Made by a program: the position numbers and the translations under genes. From Hyphococcus sp. (GTDB lineage Bacteria; Pseudomonadota; Alphaproteobacteria; Caulobacterales; Parvularculaceae), in the NCBI GenBank assembly GCA_028281665.1, contig JANQJK010000004.1, positions 65,165 through 129,164 of the forward strand: 64,000 bases of DNA, written 5' to 3'. Position 1 is the first letter of the stretch; each line of letters opens with the position of its first letter. Below are positions 59,990 through 64,000 of this stretch, in pieces. The notes under the pieces are model-generated. The model was not told the origin of the DNA, ran no database searches, and worked only from the letters and a program-made list of their open reading frames with translations.

Positions 59990-61204
59990 CTATGCCGCCA
60001 GGGCTTTCGCAAAGTTCTCCTCGACCTTGTCGAGGAAGCCGGTGGTCGTCAGCCACTTTTGCTCGGCGCCGATCAGGAGCGCGAGGTCTTTGGTCATATG
60101 GCCGCCTTCGACCGTCTTGATGATTGTTTCTTCAAGCGTCGTGGCGAAATTGATCAGCGCCTTGTTGTCGTCGAGCTTGCCGCGATGGGCGAGGCCGCGC
60201 GTCCAGGCGTAAATCGACGCGATGGAGTTCGTTGAGGTTTCCTCGCCTTTCTGGTGCTGGCGATAGTGGCGCGTGACGGTGCCGTGGGCCGCTTCCGCCT
60301 CGACCGTGCGTCCGTCCGGCGACATCAGCACGGACGTCATCAGGCCGAGGGAGCCGAAGCCCTGCGCAACCGTGTCGGACTGCACGTCGCCATCGTAGTT
60401 TTTGCACGCCCAGACATAGCCGCCGGACCATTTGAGGCAGGCCGCAACCATGTCGTCGATCAGCCGGTGCTCATAGGTGAGGCCATGCTCGTCGAACTTT
60501 TCCTTGAACTCCGTTTCGTACATTTCCTGAAACAGGTCTTTGAAACGGCCATCGTATTTTTTCATGATGGTGTTCTTGGTTGAGAGGTATAGCGGGTACT
60601 TGCGCTGCAAGGCGTAGTTGAAACTCGCGCGGGCGAAGTCCCGGATCGACTGGTCGAGATTGTACATCCCCATATAGATGCCGGAAGAGGGCGCGTCGAA
60701 AACCTCGTGCTCTTCGACTTCGCCGTTTTCGCCTTCCCATTTCAGGCTCAGCTTCCCTTTCCCGGGGAACAGCATGTCCGTCGCGCGATACTGGTCGCCA
60801 TAGGCGTGGCGGCCGATGATCACTGGCTGGGTCCAGCCCGGCACCAGACGCGGTACATTGCGGATAATGATCGGCTCGCGGAAGACAACGCCGCCGAGAA
60901 TGTTGCGGATGGTGCCGTTCGGCGAGCGCCACATCTTCTTGAGGCCGAATTCCTCGACGCGGGCTTCATCCGGCGTAATGGTCGCGCATTTGACCGCAAC
61001 GCCGTATTTCTTTGTGGCCTCCGCCGCATCGATGGTGATCTGGTCGTCGGTGGCGTCACGGCTTTCCATGCCGAGGTCGAAATATTTGAGGTCAATATCA
61101 AGATAGGGATGGATCAACTTGTCCTTGATCAGCTGCCAGATGATGCGGGTCATCTCGTCCCCGTCCATTTCAACGACCGGGTTCTCGACTTTGATTTTCG
61201 ACAT
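59990..61204 (-). CDS. icd: NADP-dependent isocitrate dehydrogenase (eukaryote-like type II)
   Basis: 404 aa: [31 protein letters not shown]...KCATITPDE. Confidence 0.95.
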   Translation of the reverse strand: MSKIKVENPVVEMDGDEMTRIIWQLIKDKLIHPYLDIDLKYFDLGMESRDATDDQITIDAAEATKKYGVAVKCATITPDEARVEEFGLKKMWRSPNGTIRNILGGVVFREPIIIRNVPRLVPGWTQPVIIGRHAYGDQYRATDMLFPGKGKLSLKWEGENGEVEEHEVFDAPSSGIYMGMYNLDQSIRDFARASFNYALQRKYPLYLSTKNTIMKKYDGRFKDLFQEMYETEFKEKFDEHGLTYEHRLIDDMVAACLKWSGGYVWACKNYDGDVQSDTVAQGFGSLGLMTSVLMSPDGRTVEAEAAHGTVTRHYRQHQKGEETSTNSIASIYAWTRGLAHRGKLDDNKALINFATTLEETIIKTVEGGHMTKDLALLIGAEQKWLTTTGFLDKVEENFAKALAA

Positions 61205-61342
61205 GAAATTTCCTGTATTTCGGTGCGGCGCGCGGATCCGGCGCCGGTGGATGAATGAAGCGACCGCGCCTATAGCATCGGGCGCTTGGCCGTCAAAGTC
61301 CGGGCGGGTGTTTCGGGCGTCAGGTAACAGAGAAAGTCAGCT

Positions 61343-62113
61343 ATGCGCATCAGTCGATCACGAGCGGGAGAATTGGCCGGTGCGGCGCCGATTTTCGTGC
61401 TGGTCGCGCCTCAGATGGGGGAAAATATCGGCGCGGCGGCCCGGGCGATGCTCAATTTCGGCGTCACCGGAATGCGCGTTGTCGCCCCCCGCGATGGCTG
61501 GCCCAACCCCAAGGCGGCGGCCATGGCGTCCGGGGCTGGGGCCGTCATTGACGGGGCCCAGATTTTCGAGACCCTCGACGCCGCGCTTGCGGACTGCGCC
61601 TACGTGGTGGCGACGACCGCGCGGAGGCGCGAGCTGGCCTTGCCCGTCATGGCGCCGGCGGAAGCTGCGGCGGCGCTGCACGCCCGCGTCGCCCGCAACG
61701 AACGCTGCGCCGTCCTCTTCGGCGGCGAGCGGAGCGGGCTGTCGACCGACGACGTTGCCCGCGCTGATGCGATTCTCTCCATTCCCGTGAACCCGGCATT
61801 TGCCTCGATCAATCTCGCCCAGGCTGTGCTCGTCGTCGCCTATGAGTGGTCGCGCGCCAGCGACACGGTCGAGATGCCCGCGGGCGACCCGCTCGCCGAT
61901 GAGCAGCCGGCGTCGCGTCAGGATGTCGCCTATCTTTACGAACACCTTGAGGCTGCGCTCGACCGGGCCGGGTACTTTTTCCCTCCGGAAATGCGGGACA
62001 CCATGACCAGGAATCTGCGCGTCGCCCTGACGCGTGCGGGCTTCACGGAGAACGAGGTCCGGTCTCTACGCGGCGTGGTAAAGGCGCTGGATAAAAAGGA
62101 AGACCGTGCGTGA
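61343..62113 (+). CDS. SpoU/TrmJ-class RNA 2'-O-methyltransferase
   Basis: 256 aa. Contains VLVAPQMGENIGAAARAMLNFG, LFGGERSGL and SINLAQAV. Confidence 0.8.
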   Translation: MRISRSRAGELAGAAPIFVLVAPQMGENIGAAARAMLNFGVTGMRVVAPRDGWPNPKAAAMASGAGAVIDGAQIFETLDAALADCAYVVATTARRRELALPVMAPAEAAAALHARVARNERCAVLFGGERSGLSTDDVARADAILSIPVNPAFASINLAQAVLVVAYEWSRASDTVEMPAGDPLADEQPASRQDVAYLYEHLEAALDRAGYFFPPEMRDTMTRNLRVALTRAGFTENEVRSLRGVVKALDKKEDRA

Positions 62114-62856
62114 CGAAATCCGTTGAAAAAATCGACAAGGCCAGTGCGCTCTCCGGCCACCGGTTCAAATATTACGACTTCGCCATGGCGGCGTTCGTCG
62201 CAATTCTCATTTGCTCAAATCTGATCGGCGCGGCGAAACTGGTTCAGTTCTTTGAGCCCGTCAGCATCGGCCCGCTCGATTTCGGTATTTTCGGCGCCGG
62301 CATCCTGTTCTTCCCGCTGTCTTACGTCCTCGGCGATGTGCTGACGGAAGTCTACGGCTACGCCCGGGCGCGCCGGGTCGTCTGGGCCGGCTTCGGGGCG
62401 GTGATCTTCATGGCTTTCATGTCGTGGGTTGTCGTCGCCATGCCCGCGGCGCCGGGCTGGGGCGGGCAAGCGGCGTATGAAGAAGTCTTCGGGCTGACGC
62501 CGCGCATCGTCTTCGCCTCGATCATCGCGTTCTGGGCGGGGGAGCTATCCAACGCCTATGTCATGGCGCGCATGAAAGTCTGGTCCGGGGGCAAGCACCT
62601 CTATCAGCGCACCATCGGCTCGACGATCGTCGGGCAGGGGGTCGACAGCCTCCTCTTTTACCCCATCGCCTTTATCGGCGTCTGGACGACAAGTCAGGTA
62701 ATCACCGTGCTGATCACCAACTACCTTCTGAAAGTTCTCTGGGAAGCCTTCCTGACGCCGGTGACCTACAAGGTCGTCGTCGCGCTGAAAAAAGCCGAGG
62801 GCGTAGACGTCTATGACGCGGAGACCGACTTCACGCCGTTTTCGGTGAAGTCTTAG
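62110..62856 (+). CDS. Queuosine-precursor transporter (YhhQ/DUF165 family)
   Basis: 248 aa. ATGA-type overlap with the preceding gene. Contains LGDVLTEVYGY plus 6 TM segments. Confidence 0.75.
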   Translation: MTKSVEKIDKASALSGHRFKYYDFAMAAFVAILICSNLIGAAKLVQFFEPVSIGPLDFGIFGAGILFFPLSYVLGDVLTEVYGYARARRVVWAGFGAVIFMAFMSWVVVAMPAAPGWGGQAAYEEVFGLTPRIVFASIIAFWAGELSNAYVMARMKVWSGGKHLYQRTIGSTIVGQGVDSLLFYPIAFIGVWTTSQVITVLITNYLLKVLWEAFLTPVTYKVVVALKKAEGVDVYDAETDFTPFSVKS

Positions 62857-62870
62857 ACCGCCCCTGTAAT

Positions 62871-62899
62871 TTGACTTCCCACCGCCCCCGGCCTATAGC
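62871..62899 (+). promoter_or_regulatory. Putative sigma70 promoter of rpsD (TTGACT-N17-TATAGC)
   Basis: Seen directly in the sequence. It would give a GC-rich leader of about 85-90 nt. Confidence 0.4.
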
Positions 62900-62991
62900 C
62901 CGCCGCCTTACGACGGATGGCGCGTGGACCGCCGTTGAGAGCTGCGCCGGGGATGGGCCCCGGGGCCGGGCCGCGCCGAGAGTGAGGACTA

Positions 62992-63609
62992 ATGTCAAAA
63001 CGCGACAGCGTTAAGCACAAGCTTGACCGCCGGGTCGGCGAAAACGTCTGGGGCCGGCCAAAATCTCCCATCAACAAGCGCGACTACGGCCCTGGCATGC
63101 ATGGGCAACGCCGCAAGGGCAAGCCGTCCGACTTCGGCCTGCAGTTGATGGCGAAGCAGAAGCTCAAGGGCTATTACGGCAATATCACCGAGAAACAGTT
63201 CGCGCGCATTTACGACAAAGCGTCGAGCAAGAAAGGCAACACCGCGGAGAACCTCATCGGTCTTCTGGAGAGCCGGCTCGATGCGATCGTTTATCGCGCG
63301 AAATTCGTGCCGACGGTTTTCGCCGCGCGCCAGTTCGTTAACCACGGACATGTCAAAGTGAACGGCGTCAAATCGAACATTCCTTCCATGCGGTTGCGCC
63401 CGGGCGATGTCGTGGAGATCAAGGAAAAGTCGAAAAACATGGCGTTGGTGCTCGAAGCGCTGCAAAGCGCCGAGCGCGATATTCCTGATTACGTGGACGT
63501 CGACCCGAAAAAAATGGCGGTAACGTATCTGCGTGTGCCGGAATTCGCGGAAGTGCCCTATCCGTGCACGATGGAACCCAACCTGGTCGTCGAATTCTAC
63601 GCGTCCTAG
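62992..63609 (+). CDS. rpsD: 30S ribosomal protein S4
   Basis: 205 aa. Contains [32 protein letters not shown] and the S4 domain. Confidence 0.95.
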   Translation: MSKRDSVKHKLDRRVGENVWGRPKSPINKRDYGPGMHGQRRKGKPSDFGLQLMAKQKLKGYYGNITEKQFARIYDKASSKKGNTAENLIGLLESRLDAIVYRAKFVPTVFAARQFVNHGHVKVNGVKSNIPSMRLRPGDVVEIKEKSKNMALVLEALQSAERDIPDYVDVDPKKMAVTYLRVPEFAEVPYPCTMEPNLVVEFYAS

Positions 63610-63631
63610 GCGCGCTACGATATCGTCAGAT

Positions 63632-63657
63632 AAGCCGCCCGGTTGGGCGGCTTTTTT
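63632..63657 (+). terminator. Rho-independent terminator of rpsD
   Basis: AAGCCGCCC-ggtt-GGGCGGCTT followed by TTTT. Confidence 0.85.
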
Positions 63658-63860
63658 GTGCGGCGCAAAATTACTCTTGGACGGCTGCCGTCTTGAATGG
63701 CGGTAGAGCGTTGCAATCCGGCAACGCTTTTGCGTTTTTGGCCCCAATTAACGTGTTGTCTGCTGTTCGTCGCTGATGTCCCGCCGGTTTCGTTTGTCGA
63801 ATGAGAACAGACAGGCGGCGCGCCCCGGTTCGCGCGCCGATTGAACAAGGGGCAAACAAA

Positions 63861-64000
63861 TTGACCAACCTTAAAACATTCCGTTCGTTTATTCTTTTAT
63901 CCACAGTGTCCGCCGCGGCGATGGCCTCGGTTGGGCCGGTCGCGGCGCAGGACGATGTTGACGATGCCGCAGATGATGATGTCATCGTCGTCACCGGCTC
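63861..64000 (+). CDS. TonB-dependent receptor, N-terminal fragment (runs off the right edge)
   Basis: TTG start with AAGGGG 8 nt upstream. Translation LTNLKTFRSFILLSTVSAAAMASVGPVAAQDDVDDAADDDVIVVTG has a signal peptide and the typical start of the plug domain. Confidence 0.5.
   Translation, partial: MTNLKTFRSFILLSTVSAAAMASVGPVAAQDDVDDAADDDVIVVTG

Overview
High-GC (by eye about 63-66%) chromosomal segment with an alphaproteobacterial gene repertoire: a PodJ-like polarity factor, the alphaproteobacteria-restricted TIGR02186/Alph_Pro_TM protein, a NadQ-type NAD regulator, a GAAC-N7-type SOS box at recA, and recA-alaS and glyS-ppdK neighbourhoods. I can support about 58 protein-coding genes. 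Most are housekeeping: methylcrotonyl-CoA carboxylase, nadA-nadB-nadC, glyQ/glyS, ppdK, recA, alaS, icd, recQ and rpsD. Reading by eye, I found no rRNA, tRNA, CRISPR array, transposase, integrase or canonical defence island. The ORF track accepts GTG/TTG starts and always gives the longest ORF, so I trimmed several N-termini to starts supported by Shine-Dalgarno sequences, signal peptides or ATGA/TAATG coupling. The long arginine-rich ORFs antisense to real genes are GC shadows. I cannot name a clear new system. The leads most worth a second look are listed here. (1) An exported protein made almost entirely of Arg/Asp/His charge-alternating repeats, including nine tandem 27-bp units (19974-20849). 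(2) A roughly 0.8-kb low-GC patch inside the essential glyS gene, with glyQ and glyS also separated by five unrelated genes. (3) A perfect palindrome upstream of nadA, with the presumed cognate nadQ regulator 4.5 kb away and co-oriented with a Cys-X5-Arg phosphatase and an HD hydrolase. (4) An unrecognisable 328-aa protein convergent with a LuxR-type regulator in a slightly lower-GC pocket. (5) A solitary dcm-vsr pair with no restriction gene. All functional calls come from reading translated motifs, not from database searches.
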